The notes: generated by a model not told the origin, from the letters alone. Counted from the stretch's first letter, positions 26,116 to 38,565 are shown. The stretch is 64,000 nt of DNA from Balanoglossus misakiensis (GCA_040954595.2 CM082591.2:310001-374000); one strand, 5' to 3'. Numbers and translations are program-made.

Positions 26116-29100
26116 ATGTCAGAGAAGAAGAACATAGACACACAGGTGGTCCAACCACTGATGGCAAATGGGACGGCCAAAAAAGATGGCGACTCCGCCA
26201 CCCAACCGATGGACGATTCGTATGATACTAAATGTGGAATTGGTAGTTTTCGACCTCAATGGCTTCAGCGATTCGCATCTATTAGAATAATGTTCGCCTT
26301 ATTGGCTCTTACTGTTCTATCGTTTTCTTTTGCCATGAGTGTTTCTATAGTCGGAATCTCGAATTTACAAAAACGATACGGTTTATCAAGTAGTTTTATG
26401 GGTCTGTACCACACCATCAAGGATGTAGCCGAAATCTTTTCTATTATTGTGGTCACATATTTCGGGGGTAGACCTGGTTGTCACAAACCACGTTGGATCG
26501 CTGGCGGGCTACTTATTTGCTCTCTAGGATTTTTCACGAAATCGATGACTCAGTTTCTTTCTGACCCCTACGACTATGCCTCTCTCGAAGTCAACAACGA
26601 CACGCATTCTTTAGAGGTGTGTGGTGCAGACAGAGATCTGGATCACACAAAGAAATATCAAGATGGTGACACTGTTTCCTGTGAAGTCAACTTCTTATCC
26701 TCTGTCATACCAAAAGGATCGGAAGTTGTTATTCTAATGTTACTCGGCAACATAATACTTGGACTTGGCAACACTCCAATGTTCACACTTGCTATAGCCT
26801 ATATCGACGATAATGTACCGAAAGAAAAATCTCCAATGTATACAGGTGAGTTTCGTCCACAACAAGCCCGCGTTTAAAAAAAAACATGTTTCGGATTCTC
26901 TCTCAGAGTCAGTGCTTGACGCTTTCAAACTAAGGAATTGGTAAAGTTTATCACGAAAGTGAAGGAAATGCGAAATATCTGCTTCTTTAGAATACTGGTT
27001 TCCCAATACAGCACAATTTCACTTGATATTGTTTCCAAGTCGAATCAATCTTCTCCATTTCTTTCCAGGAACATTCTTTGCTCTGTTTGGTATTGGTCCA
27101 ATCATCGGAATGCCGATGGCTTCCTACTTCACGAATCTTTACGTCGATTTCTACCGAGTTGATTCGGAAGATGTGGACATCAACCCAGGTGATCCACGTT
27201 GGGTCGGTGCTTGGTGGCTAGGGTACTTAATACTCTCAATTCCCGTCATGCTTCTCGCTTTAATGGTGGGCCTTGTGCCCAAAGAAATGCCGGACAAGAC
27301 GGGTTCAAGTGATGGCGATTCTTTGAGTAAAGAAAAATTGGAAGCCGAGAGACAAATCACCATGGAAACGAGTCAGACAGCGGAGAAAAGATGGCAAGGT
27401 ACGTATAACACTCGATATGTCCATTGAAGACTATAGTATCAACAGTTTCTAAAGTGGGAAGATTGTCGATTTTCTACCTGATTTTAGCAAACAACTGGTT
27501 TTAATTACGGGCTTGATTTTATCATATTTCATTTGTAAGTTCACTTACATAATATTTATGATGCATTATACTTATTCAATTTTAGATTTTCCTAAGGCAC
27601 TGAAAAGAATATGCACCAATTTAACGTTGATGGCGGTGATATTTGCAAGAGCTGCCATGATGGCCAATCAGGGAGTCATAGTGTTTATCGTCAAATTCAC
27701 CGAAGAACAGTTTCGCGTTACCACGGCAATATCTGGCGTAGTAGGTAAATATACCAAGTTGAGGGATTGCTTTTACGTTCATGATAGCACTATTGTATGC
27801 AGTTAAAAACTTTGTGATTATAAGATCTAGAAAATAGCCCGAAAATGTTTACTTTTCACTACAAGTTTTTCAGTTTTATGCATTTCATTTTTGCAGTTGC
27901 AAGTATGATATTTAGTGCGTGTACCGGATTTTTTATCGGAGGCGTTGTACTAAGACGTTGGAAACCAACTCTGGTGAAAATGGCCGCCTTTATGGTAATT
28001 CTTGACCTGCTTTCCGTCTGCGCACCAATTGCGCAAATGAAATTAGGGTGTGACACCGCAGAATTCGCAGGAGTAAACACGCCGTATGTCGGCAGGTAAG
28101 TAAAAAAAATGTTTTTTTTGGTTTTTTTTTGGGGGGGGGGCAGACAAAATATGCATACGCACATACATTGACACGGACACAATGTTGGCCAAGTGGAACA
28201 CTTGAAAGCTGAAGAGACATATACCAAAGAAAATTACAGGTGGTGAGGTCACACAGGAGTCAAACAAATGACCATCGACAAGAAGAAAATATCAGAGAAC
28301 TCTGCACATGCACTGTATAGGGTTGAAATATCGCCTCTCAATTGTTGAAAATTCGAGTGCGTCATTAAAGTCATGCGCGTATTATCTTGTTGATGTCACT
28401 CAATTGAAATGTCATTGATAACCTTCTGGCGATTCCTATCAAATGTTTTCAGCACCATAGAGGCACCTGCGCTTCAGATCAAAGACCTCAACGCGACTTG
28501 CAACGCTCATTGTGAATGCTCGGAATATTACAATCCTGTCTGTGGATCTGATCACGTTAATTATTATTCGCCATGCCACGCGGGTTGCAAGATTGCCAAA
28601 GACTCAAAGGTAGGTAACACCAGAAAAGTTTAATGACCTCCCTTAGTACCAGTGATTCAACTATCCATTGAGCGTACAGGGGCGTCAACATCATATTGAT
28701 GTACTCATATTCATAAAATTAATAAAATTTGATGCTTTGACGCAGTTTTATAAAAATTGGTAGTATTAAAATCTATAGGATCTTTATATGCCCTATAAAG
28801 ATCTTGGACGAAAAGGACGATGTAATTAACCTTTACTCTCCTCCTGCTGTTATCATTACATTGTCTAATATGGTGCGAAAACTGTTGGAGTTTGCAGCTG
28901 GCGACAAACAGTGGGCCTTGAGCTTTGTAACATCATTAATCAATGGTGGTACAACATTTATTCAGAAATTAGGCAATTGTCGGAAGAGATATCGCAGGAT
29001 TGTTTTCAAGGCCTCGCCAATAGGGCAACGGCCTTTCGAAATGTTTGCCTCTAAGAACAAATATTTTCGTGTTTTTTCTCATATGCCTTCACTCAAACCT

Positions 29101-30270
29101 GAATCAATTTTGTTTAACTATAATTTGATGAGAGACTGGATATTGATATTATTTTCCCCGTTTGTTAAAACATCAATGAACGTACTGAAGAATTTTACCA
29201 GTTGTGGGTGCGTGTTACGCTATGAAGAAATGGATGAAGGCATTCACGCTATAGAGGGCGATGTGTATGCTGAAATTTGCGGCAAGTCCTGCTTTGATGA
29301 ATTGCTTTGGTATGCTTCTGTGACGTTTGTATTCTCTGGTCTGGCGGCGATGAGTATGATGGCCGAATTGACCCTTACACTAAGATGCGTTGCCCCAGCT
29401 GATAAACCATTCGCTTTGGGAGTAAGAAGCTTCGTTGCTCAACTCTTTGGTAAGTAACTTATCACGTGTTATACAATGACACTATACTGACGTTAGCTCT
29501 GTGTACTTATTTCCAAACTTCTCAGTTTTAACAACATTCCACAAACATCAGCAATTGTCTAAAATTTAGCGCTTTTCGTCAGACCTGTATCCGTCGCTTT
29601 GCCCTATGAATAATAGCAAGTTATTTATGAAGGTGGTGTACTCACATATCCCCAGGTAAACATTTCACATTCCAGGAAGTCGACCAGAACTCCATAAAGC
29701 CAGGCTACAACCGCAATTGTCGACTGTATGGTTCTACAACACAAATACCACTCAGGTCGAATCCAATCTCGTCGATGTGGAGCGTTTTGACGTGATAACA
29801 AGAGCTCACACTGCAGTCAACCGCGGCGAGGCGAAGACTGAGGCAACATGCGTGTTTCGCACGGTCGAAATAAATAATTCATTACCACCTGGTCCACCAC
29901 AGGTGTGTCCACCTGGTGACATCTTAACATGTATTTCTCATTTGTGTTAGGTACCCTGCCATCTCCTCTATACACTGGAGCGGCCATAGACTCAGCGTGT
30001 ATATTATGGGGCAAGACAAAATGTGGTGACCGAGGAGCATGTCTGATCTATGATCTTCCGGATTACAGATTCAAGTTCATGGGATTAATGGTTTTATTTC
30101 GATCGATTACTATTGTCTTATATGTGGTCGCGTTGTTGTCGCTGTATAGGAACCCGGATCCAGGAAAAAATCAACAAAGTAATGAAGAAAAATCAAAAGA
30201 AGAGACTCTGATAAGAGACGATGATGATGATGGACAATATATGATTCAACAGATGGTTACTAGTCTTTAG
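26116..30270 (+). CDS. Organic anion transporting polypeptide (SLCO/OATP family), multi-exon
   Basis: OATP signature [37 protein letters not shown], Kazal-like loop [30 protein letters not shown], and IDSACILWG...[11 protein letters not shown]. Stop at 30270. A non-coding first exon has its donor near 25782. Confidence 0.93.
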
Positions 30271-30568
30271 CCTAGTGGCACGGTAGATAGACGGATGAAG
30301 TGTACGTTTGTGTTTGCGTTTTGAAATTTTACAGTCATTTACATTACATGTATCTTAATGATTTTTCACTTAAATTGTTATTTTTCTGGAGACATTTTCT
30401 AGGGTAACACGAAAAATATAACTATACTCGGAATAAAATCTTGTGAGATTGACTGCTGCAACTAAATTCGGTGCCAATATTACATCTCTGTGAGAAGAAT
30501 GTACTTTTTGAAATGTTAAATTTCGTCTGAATATTAAAAATGGTGTCAAGTTCGAAAGTCAAAGTCAT

Positions 30569-33500
30569 TCAGTGGCCAGCACCCTCCGCATTCATTTGGT
30601 GGCTGCTCCGTGCGACTCCAGCGGCAGTGCCTTCTTCGTCCTTCCATTTGACCTTTCTATGTCTTCTCCTTGGGTACCTGTAGATATCCGCTCTATATGT
30701 CAGCTGTCCCAAGGCACCAGCCAAAAAGCCCAAAGCCATCCTTCCGGCAAATCCCAGAACAACGCCTCCAACCACGGCGCCGAGTATTGGAACAGGGATC
30801 AAAAGTTGTCCTAAGATAGCGCCTCCAACTGATCCAGCCACTCCACCAATAAATTTGCCAGCCATTTGCCACTGTTCGGTATTGATTTGTCTCCATTCGT
30901 CAATTGAAAGGACGGCCTGGTTTGTCTTCCCTTTGATTCGGACAATGTTAACTGCCAAGTATAAACTTTCTGTTGCAACTGCACTGGCCGCCGCAACAGC
31001 TCCTGTAACAGCAAGACTTACCAGAGACGCATGAGCAAAACCACGGATGAAAATGTGAGACAATCCTTTGAGTGAGAACCTTTCAACGGCACTGCCAAAA
31101 GTGTGTGCCACAAGGGTCATCCCATCTTGGAATGCCAGGAGAAATGGTCGAGCCTCTTGTACGTGTTCTGCGGTTGCTTCTTTCGTTTCCTCGGCATTTC
31201 CCATATCACCATGGTTACTAGTACCCGTTTTACACCATGTTACAAAATGTTCATTGGTGTTTTTCGTAGAGGAGTATTCACACTGGCCGATCGTTGACTT
31301 CGCTTTATTGATAACACTTTCTGGATCAACCTCTCTGTTGTATAAAACTCGGAACATTCTTTCTTTTCTCCACTTAAGTTGTAGTTTCTCTTCAACCACC
31401 TTTCCAAGACTTCCACTTGTAGTGTTTGACTTGTAATGAATCACCCCAACGTCGTTGTCTTCTTCACAATCTTCGACAGCGAGGAAATGATGATAACAAA
31501 GATCTCTTCTACGCTCAATGAAATAATGGCACCCTCTCTTGATATCTGTGTTCTTCAGAACACGTACATTAGAAAACATGGCTCCCTGACAACGCCTGAC
31601 AAACTGTTGGCAATTCCCAAATTTTGTAGATGGCGTTTCAGCGTTTAGCAGAAGATGCGCCATTTCCATAACTATGTTTCGATCGATGGCGATTCTGTGT
31701 TCGCCTCCGTGAATGACCCTGTAGACGTCGTGTTTCTTGAAGTCAAGATGCATTGTCTCGGCAGTCACAGTTTTGTGGTGCAATTTGGCGTCACCATGGC
31801 GATGGAGAAGAAAATCGCAATCGCAGAAATGTATAACAGCAACTCGATCGCTGACGTCTTGAATCGACAGCATATGATGGATCTGGACTTTACCACGATT
31901 GACCTTCACGACGAGTATGTGATCACCAAACTTAATCTCATTGACAAGCTTTATTTCTTCTAAGATTTCTGTCTCTGATTTGCACCACTGGACGAAATGT
32001 TCGTTGCTGTTCTTATCCATTGAATACATACTCCTGCCAAGATGGCTGACTGCCTTGAGTGAGATCTTACTTGGATCTCTACAAACATCCTCGTCATAAT
32101 AATCATCATGTAGCCTGTACACTGTGTGTCTCTCTGTATCAACTGTTATTTCTTCTTCCGTCACCGTATTAGCTGTGTAGTGGATGATAGACACACCTCT
32201 TCCTGGTGAATTGTCGACTGCGATTGAATGATGATTCTTAACGCCTCGATAGTTCTCTATTACGATGTGGTCACCTTTCTGCACTTCAACCAGGCTGCGC
32301 AGGCGTTCTTTGTGGCTGCTTCTGTTCTTGCACCAGAACACGAAGTGTTTACTGCTCTTCCATTCAGTGGAACAGTAATCTTTGACTCCAACTTGTCTCC
32401 TTGCCTGGATGATGACTTCATCGACATCTACGAGATCTTCTTCGCAGTCGTCATAAAACTGGAATAAGTTATCCTTGTATGGATTGATGGACATCTTCTC
32501 TTCCATCACTTTCCCACCCGAGTAATGGATACATTTAATGGCGTCTTCCCAACTGCCATCCTCCACAGCCAACAGGTGACAATTCCTTGGGAATCTCTCA
32601 ATAATCAGATGGGCTCCTCTTTTCACAGTCGCCAGTCTCAGGATTCTTTCTTTATGCCCTGTATAATTCTTGCACCAGTTGACAAAGTGTTCACAATTAT
32701 TAAAGTCGGTGCTGTACTTGCGTTCTCCGAGTTGTCGCCTAGCTTTTTCTATTATCTTGTCAGTGTTTGTCAGAACAAACAAAATATCACTGTCGTCAAC
32801 ATACCCAGTTTCTTCATCAGGTGCAACGCCAGCATAAACATCCGCATCGTTATCACTCTCAATAGCCCCACAACGAACATCGTCACCTTCGCCACCAATG
32901 ACGTCTTCATCATCCACGGTTTCATCGCCAACGGCACCTTCATCAACACAGTTCCTTTCAATAATCCTGAAAATATCATTTTCTTCGGGATCTAGCATTA
33001 CATGTTCCTCAACTACTCGCCCTCTTGTGTAATGAATCACACAAACTGTGTTGCCATGGAGACCGTTTTCAACAGCAAGAGAATGGTGAATGTGAAATCT
33101 CTTGTCTTTTCTGTAGATGAGATGGTCTCCTTTTACGATGTCAGTCACCTTGGAGATGCGTTCTTTGTACCTCGTTTCCTGATGGCACCAATCAACAAAG
33201 CTTTGACAGTTTTTCTTCTCTAGAGTGTATTTCCTGAGACCGACCTGGTGTTCTGCTTTTGCTATGACGTCATCTACGTTTCTTTTCAGGGTTCCAGTTT
33301 GGTTGTTAAGGCGGAAGACAAGTTTGATATCTGGTTGAATAGAAATAGTTTCCTTGACAACTTCTCCAAATACCTTCGGACAGCTGTTAAAATGAACAAT
33401 AGTCACCGTATTGTCCCTTTTCCCGTCTTCAACAGCCAAACAATGGTGATAATGAAGACCTTTGAACTGTCTGAACATGATATGGTCTCCTCTTTGTATC

Positions 33501-33889
33501 TCGGCTGCACTCAAAATACGTTCTGTGGGGTTCTTCTCGGCAATACACCAGTTTACAAAACTCTCGCAGTTGTTGTCTTCAGGTGAAAACTTCCCTCGGT
33601 CGACATATTTCTCTGCCTTTTCCAAAACTTCCTCCACTGTTGTCCCTGTGGGTCTGTCTCTTATCCTGTACACAGGAGACTTTTTTGGTGACAGGTTGAT
33701 TGTTTCCTTGGTAACATTACCACGATTCTGTCCCAACGATTTATAATGAATAACACAGACCTTGTTTCCGTTGACGCCATTTTCAGTTGCTAGGAGATGA
33801 TGCTGATGACGTGTCAGATATTTCGAAATGACAAGATGGTCACCTCGTTCTATGGCAGTCATAGAATATATGCGTTCCTTCTTTGCCAT
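30569..33889 (-). CDS. Tandem LRAT/NC-domain (permuted NlpC/P60, HRASLS/PLAAT-like) protein with 7 repeats and a C-terminal glycine zipper; intronless CDS
   Basis: 1106-aa ORF with seven recurrences of ER(I/L)...(R/K)GDH...H(H)xxAV...(V/I)IH(Y/F)...NCExFVxWC-like motifs. C-terminus GGVAGSVGGAILGQLLIPVPILGAVVGG. A splice acceptor (CTTTACAG|TC ATG) lies just upstream of the start codon. Confidence 0.9.
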   Translation of the reverse strand: MAKKERIYSMTAIERGDHLVISKYLTRHQHHLLATENGVNGNKVCVIHYKSLGQNRGNVTKETINLSPKKSPVYRIRDRPTGTTVEEVLEKAEKYVDRGKFSPEDNNCESFVNWCIAEKNPTERILSAAEIQRGDHIMFRQFKGLHYHHCLAVEDGKRDNTVTIVHFNSCPKVFGEVVKETISIQPDIKLVFRLNNQTGTLKRNVDDVIAKAEHQVGLRKYTLEKKNCQSFVDWCHQETRYKERISKVTDIVKGDHLIYRKDKRFHIHHSLAVENGLHGNTVCVIHYTRGRVVEEHVMLDPEENDIFRIIERNCVDEGAVGDETVDDEDVIGGEGDDVRCGAIESDNDADVYAGVAPDEETGYVDDSDILFVLTNTDKIIEKARRQLGERKYSTDFNNCEHFVNWCKNYTGHKERILRLATVKRGAHLIIERFPRNCHLLAVEDGSWEDAIKCIHYSGGKVMEEKMSINPYKDNLFQFYDDCEEDLVDVDEVIIQARRQVGVKDYCSTEWKSSKHFVFWCKNRSSHKERLRSLVEVQKGDHIVIENYRGVKNHHSIAVDNSPGRGVSIIHYTANTVTEEEITVDTERHTVYRLHDDYYDEDVCRDPSKISLKAVSHLGRSMYSMDKNSNEHFVQWCKSETEILEEIKLVNEIKFGDHILVVKVNRGKVQIHHMLSIQDVSDRVAVIHFCDCDFLLHRHGDAKLHHKTVTAETMHLDFKKHDVYRVIHGGEHRIAIDRNIVMEMAHLLLNAETPSTKFGNCQQFVRRCQGAMFSNVRVLKNTDIKRGCHYFIERRRDLCYHHFLAVEDCEEDNDVGVIHYKSNTTSGSLGKVVEEKLQLKWRKERMFRVLYNREVDPESVINKAKSTIGQCEYSSTKNTNEHFVTWCKTGTSNHGDMGNAEETKEATAEHVQEARPFLLAFQDGMTLVAHTFGSAVERFSLKGLSHIFIRGFAHASLVSLAVTGAVAAASAVATESLYLAVNIVRIKGKTNQAVLSIDEWRQINTEQWQMAGKFIGGVAGSVGGAILGQLLIPVPILGAVVGGVVLGFAGRMALGFLAGALGQLTYRADIYRYPRRRHRKVKWKDEEGTAAGVARSSHQMNAEGAGH

Positions 33890-35600
33890 GACTGTAAAGA
33901 CGTCGAATTTTACTGAAAGAAATGAATGGATATGTCATCAAAAACGTATCTACAAGCAGTAAATTGCATGCAAACATTTTTATGATGAAAACACTTCTAA
34001 CCATTCATACCCAAGAAAACATGTCAACGACCAACGCAACAAATTCAATGGACCAACAACTCATGAGGGAAAATTTAAAACTCACACAAGCATATGATCA
34101 ACACAACACTAGATGGCGCTAGCTAACTTGAAGGCGCATGTCAGGGTTGGTTAGTCTGAAGTTAAACGAGGAAGTCAACCTATTTTCATTAAAACAGACC
34201 AAAGAAATCCCTGAAACGTCACCATCCTCACACTTCCCATATCCCGTTCAGCAGGATGTAACTATGCAATATTGAACTGAGCACGCAGCAGGCGCTCAGC
34301 CAGAAAATAGTATTTTATTGATCGGTCTATTGACTAAGCCTTGTGTGTGTTGACCTAGAAGTTAAACATAAAGCAAGTTGTGTTTGCTGTGTGGTTGTAA
34401 TTCTGCCGGAATTGTTATCAGAAATTTGATTGATGTTGGAGAAATACTACATAAAAATGTCAAATATTTGACACGGACACAGTGAAGTACCAACTGTCAC
34501 GCACAGTGTCGAACTAAAACCTGGTTCACTCACCACTTTTAAATTAAGGTTGTTGGCCAGTTTTAATGAAATAAACTTAGGGTTGTGATATATGACTGTA
34601 TCTGAAACGACACTGACTGGAATCAAGTAACAAAACGAAAGTAAAATTGCAAGAGACAGAAAAATCATGACTGTGCGAAAATTGACAGCGACAAACACCG
34701 TAGGGACAATGTTTCGTCTCAAGGTAGACAGACTAATGTCACCTCGTGGCCATGACCAAATCTGTGTGGCTCCCCCCCCCCCCAAATCGACGTTGACATC
34801 CGTACCACCTGGCATAGAATGCAAATCATACTGATAGGGCATGAAAGCCCAGGTGGCAAACGACGTCACGCAAATTTTCCGCACCGCGTACATACATTTT
34901 ACTTTGGCAAATATTGCTTGGATCATAGACAAGGCAGACTTTTCTCTTTGTCTGTGCTTGATTAAACGCAGTTGAATTTCAAAGACTGCTGTAGTTTGTT
35001 GTGCTGGGGTGACTTACCTTGTTTCTGGAGATTTCACTCTCTGCAATCCGACTGGAGCTATTTTCTATCACTCCGAAAAAAATCAGCCTAGTGTCCGCGT
35101 TCGGTTCCGTCGTCTAATTTCGAAAATAGACCATTTCGCTTTATTGTTCACGTGCCAAGAAGATCGTGTAAGTTATTGTTCCTCTCAGTCCCTGTCAGTA
35201 CGTACGTGTTTCCACGCACGAGTTCCTTATAAAAAGCACGTCATTGAGCAGCCTCGGCGTCCCTTCCACAATGTGTGTGTTGACCTGATGGGGTCAAGGG
35301 TCGTGTATCAGTCCCTTTGATAACCATTTTCTTCACTGCGCAGACACACTTCCTTGTTCAAACCACGGACAGCAAAATTTGTGTTCTAACCTTTTATTTT
35401 CCGCAAACTCTTCCTTTTTATTACAAACTCTCATAGGTTTACATCAACTCTGGTTCACTCACATACATTCCTGAAATCACAGCAAAAGCTCTTTTAGCTC
35501 AATACATGCAATATAAATCATCTCGACGCTGGGTACATTTGAAAAAAGTCTGTGATTTTCAATATTATAATTTATGTTCAACATTATAACTCTGCATCAA

Positions 35601-37080
35601 TTACACCATATCTTTAGCATCAAACGTGTTGAGAAAAACAGAGCACTTGTCAAGCCATGCTATGGCATCGGCCATTTTTGTCGTTGGGTATTCCAGCTGT
35701 ATGAGTCTACAGATACCCACGAGGTTGTTGTATCTTCTTCTGATGTCAAAGCCAAGAGCATGCTGAAGTTTGCGGAGACAGATTGGACACAGGAAGAGAG
35801 GTTGTGACATAGCTTCATCAAGACTGCTGCTTTCATTCATCGCGCAGTCGAAGAAGACGCAGTGAGATAAACCGAACAAATGACAGGTTTCATGGCTTAG
35901 TACCTGCAAATGATCACATGATGCATTGCAATTATTCAAAGTGCTTGGCAAAATTCTATGTAAATCAGAAGTAAAATGAAAACAGTGCATTCCCCTCCAA
36001 CCATTTGCATATCAATCCAAACCAACATTTTAATAAGCATCCCACCTTGATAAGTCTCCACAGAATCTCTCCGTCAATATCAGTGATGTCACCATCATCA
36101 TCCGTCTTGTTGCCTTGGTAACTTCTCGGCTCGTAGCGACCAAAACTTAGAACAGCGCACTTGTTCTTATAGGAAGCCTCGCCAAGTACAAAGTTCAGGT
36201 CCTCACTTGGGTACAAATCCGTCCACGTTATTCCAAGAACAAAGTCATTCTTAGTGCGTTTATTGACCAGACTGGGAAGCTTCGAATTGAGGTCGGATAC
36301 CAAGATTTGTTTCTTGCCTGTGACTTTGTGACATCGAGTGGTACATCCTATGCTGTCTGCTTCCACAGAATCTAATATTTCTACTCTCATTCCAGCGAAA
36401 AAGGCACTAGCAAAATCTTGAAGGAGATGAAACAGTGGCTTTCCACTAACTTGGAAGCAACGTATGAAAGCAGGAAATTCTCCAACTGGTTGCAAGAATA
36501 GAGTTCTCTCGCGAGATTTCCTTCCACAACTAAACAACGAACCCATCTCAAGCGCAACCTTCCATTGTGGAAAAGTCTGTCGTCCAACGATCGGAATTAG
36601 GTCTTTAGCAATGAAGAGTCGGTCTGTCTCTATCGGCTGCTTTTCGTCTTTAGTAGTAATTAACATGTCCTTTGCTTGTGTGGCGACCATGTTTGTGTCC
36701 GGGTTGGGCGTGGAGTTACCTGCATCACGGCGCAAAGCGCTGAGGCATTCTTGCGACATATTGAACAGTTTCTTTTCTGCCAAATCGAATTCGGACGAGT
36801 CGAGTGTACCGACAAGAACTCTAACTCGACGAGCATTTTCTTCAAGGCGTGTTAGCTTCTTACAAAACATGATTCTGGCGAATTTTACACACAGTAATAT
36901 GACTATAAAGTATGATACTGCCAAGACAACATTCAGAGACCCGCTTCCAACGAGATACACGAACGCTGCATATAACAGGAAAACACATAGTCTCCTCAAC
37001 AAACCGATCAAAATTGTCAACATGCGCCGCGGTCTAGGTATAAAGCGCAGATCACGGGGACAAATCTTGTCTTCTAGCAT
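35601..37080 (-). CDS. Archaemetzincin (peptidase M54, AMZ1/AMZ2-like), two coding exons
   Basis: Exons 37080-36046 and 35903-35601 (intron GTGGGA...TTTGCAG) join WRLIK to VLSHETCHLFGLSHC. This gives the HExxHxxGxxH zinc motif plus CxxxxCAMNES...LCPICLRKL. Also VLGITWTDLYP...NFVLGEAS. The start may be 37080 or the next Met at 37023. Confidence 0.9.
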
Positions 37081-37686
37081 ACCTGCAGCTTGGCTAAAAC
37101 GACTTCGTTGGACTTGGAGTTGCTAAGACCCTGATCCCGGAAGTAAAGTTGTCATTTTTGGTCAAATCGAGTCGGCCACAGAATCAGATTCGATTCTGAA
37201 TATGGCGGAGGCTGACACTGGTCCCTGTCCTTATCCGACCGCTAGCTGGCGCTGTGCCACGGAGCGATAGAGAAGGAGAGAAGGATTTACATGTATAATA
37301 ATACTTAATAAAGGCTGCAATAGTCACCATAGATCACTGGAGAAATATGTGCCAATCAAACATGTTTCTTTTGTGTTTGGATCAGGGCAGGGACAGCAGC
37401 TAGCATCATCCTTAATTACCGGTATATTTAGAATCGAACCTGATTCCGTAACCGACTCAATTTAACTACAAAGTGAGCCAGCCGTGTATTTGTGGTTTAT
37501 AACTTCTAAAATCACTGAGCATAGCGAGTGTACTTTGCAAATAAAACAATCAGAGACAGATTCATGCACTTCATATTTTCCTCAATTTTATTCAACTTTT
37601 GACATTTTCACAAAGGGATTATCACATGGATTTACAAAGCACTGCAAAATTTAACTACATTTGGTGGTCAGGTACAATAACACAAA

Positions 37687-37770
37687 CCCTTTCACCACCA
37701 TGGTCTGGTCCAAACCCATTGTTTTATATGGAAGGTTGGACCTCAATAAAGGACAATGGGGGTGAAAGGG
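37687..37770. mobile_element. piggyBac-type MITE copy, in the opposite orientation to 22828, in the MADD 3' region
   Basis: CCCTTTCACC...GGTGAAAGGG TIRs; the interior is the reverse complement of the other copies. Confidence 0.8.
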
Positions 37771-38359
37771 TTATATAATGACAATTAAAACATATACCAG
37801 GAAGCAAAATCTCAGAAAATATCTAAATTCAAAGCTTTCTAATGTAATAAATACGGATGCTATTTTACAGAGAAGTTGTTTTAAGTAATAAAGCCAGGAT
37901 ATACACAAAAGTAGGATTCATTTTGCTTTGATACAAATCACCACATTTATAGAATATATACTGCCTCATCCAATTGCTGCTAATTTGCATACACCATGGT
38001 AACAGTCTGTAAATCAGAATATAACCATGCATTAAATTAGCACACGACCTTGCTAAGGGTATATACAGCTTTCTATAAGATAGTCTTCAACTAAATGTAA
38101 ATATGAAATAACTAAATCCACAACAACAGAAATATACAAGACAGCAGATTATGTAAATTATTACATTATATTTACATTAGATTTCTGCATTAAAAAATCT
38201 TACAGTTTGTTTGCTTTATGTAATTTCTATCAATCCACTCTGAATTGGAAATAAATACTTATGGGAAACACTTATTCAAGTTCTAAACACAGAGACACAG
38301 ATCAGTCTTGCCTAGTTCCATTGTAGTTATTACAGTCAAACAAATATTTTTTTTTCAAT

Positions 38360-38565
38360 GTTGATGGTCAACAGCAAGAAGTTAATAACCTTATCAATGT
38401 TGTAATATCGTCCTGATCAATTCAATTTAATGTTGGTCAATACAATACATTAACGACCCCCCTCACCAGGTCAATATTACAACATGGACATGGCAAATAT
38501 TGTCCCAATGCTGACAGTCAATAACAATAAATTAATGACCTTTACCAGGTCAATATTATAACAAA
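38360..38565. repeat. Degenerate ~75-80 bp tandem repeat (2-3 units)
   Basis: GTCAATA(A)CAATA..TTAA(C/T)GACC...ACCAGGTCAATATTA(C/T)AACA recurs at ~38436 and ~38516, with a weaker unit at ~38366. Confidence 0.55.

Noticed and set aside
28804-29190. N-terminal part of the 217-aa ORF in the SLCO gene
   Set aside because: It is intron read-through; OATP-like sequence starts only at NFTSCGCV (~29191).
34447-35320. 161-aa and 103-aa ORFs upstream of the LRAT gene
   Set aside because: No motifs, and one crosses a poly-C run. The region is more likely 5' UTR, promoter or repeat sequence.
36464-37126. 220-aa plus-strand ORF
   Set aside because: Antisense shadow of archaemetzincin exon 1.
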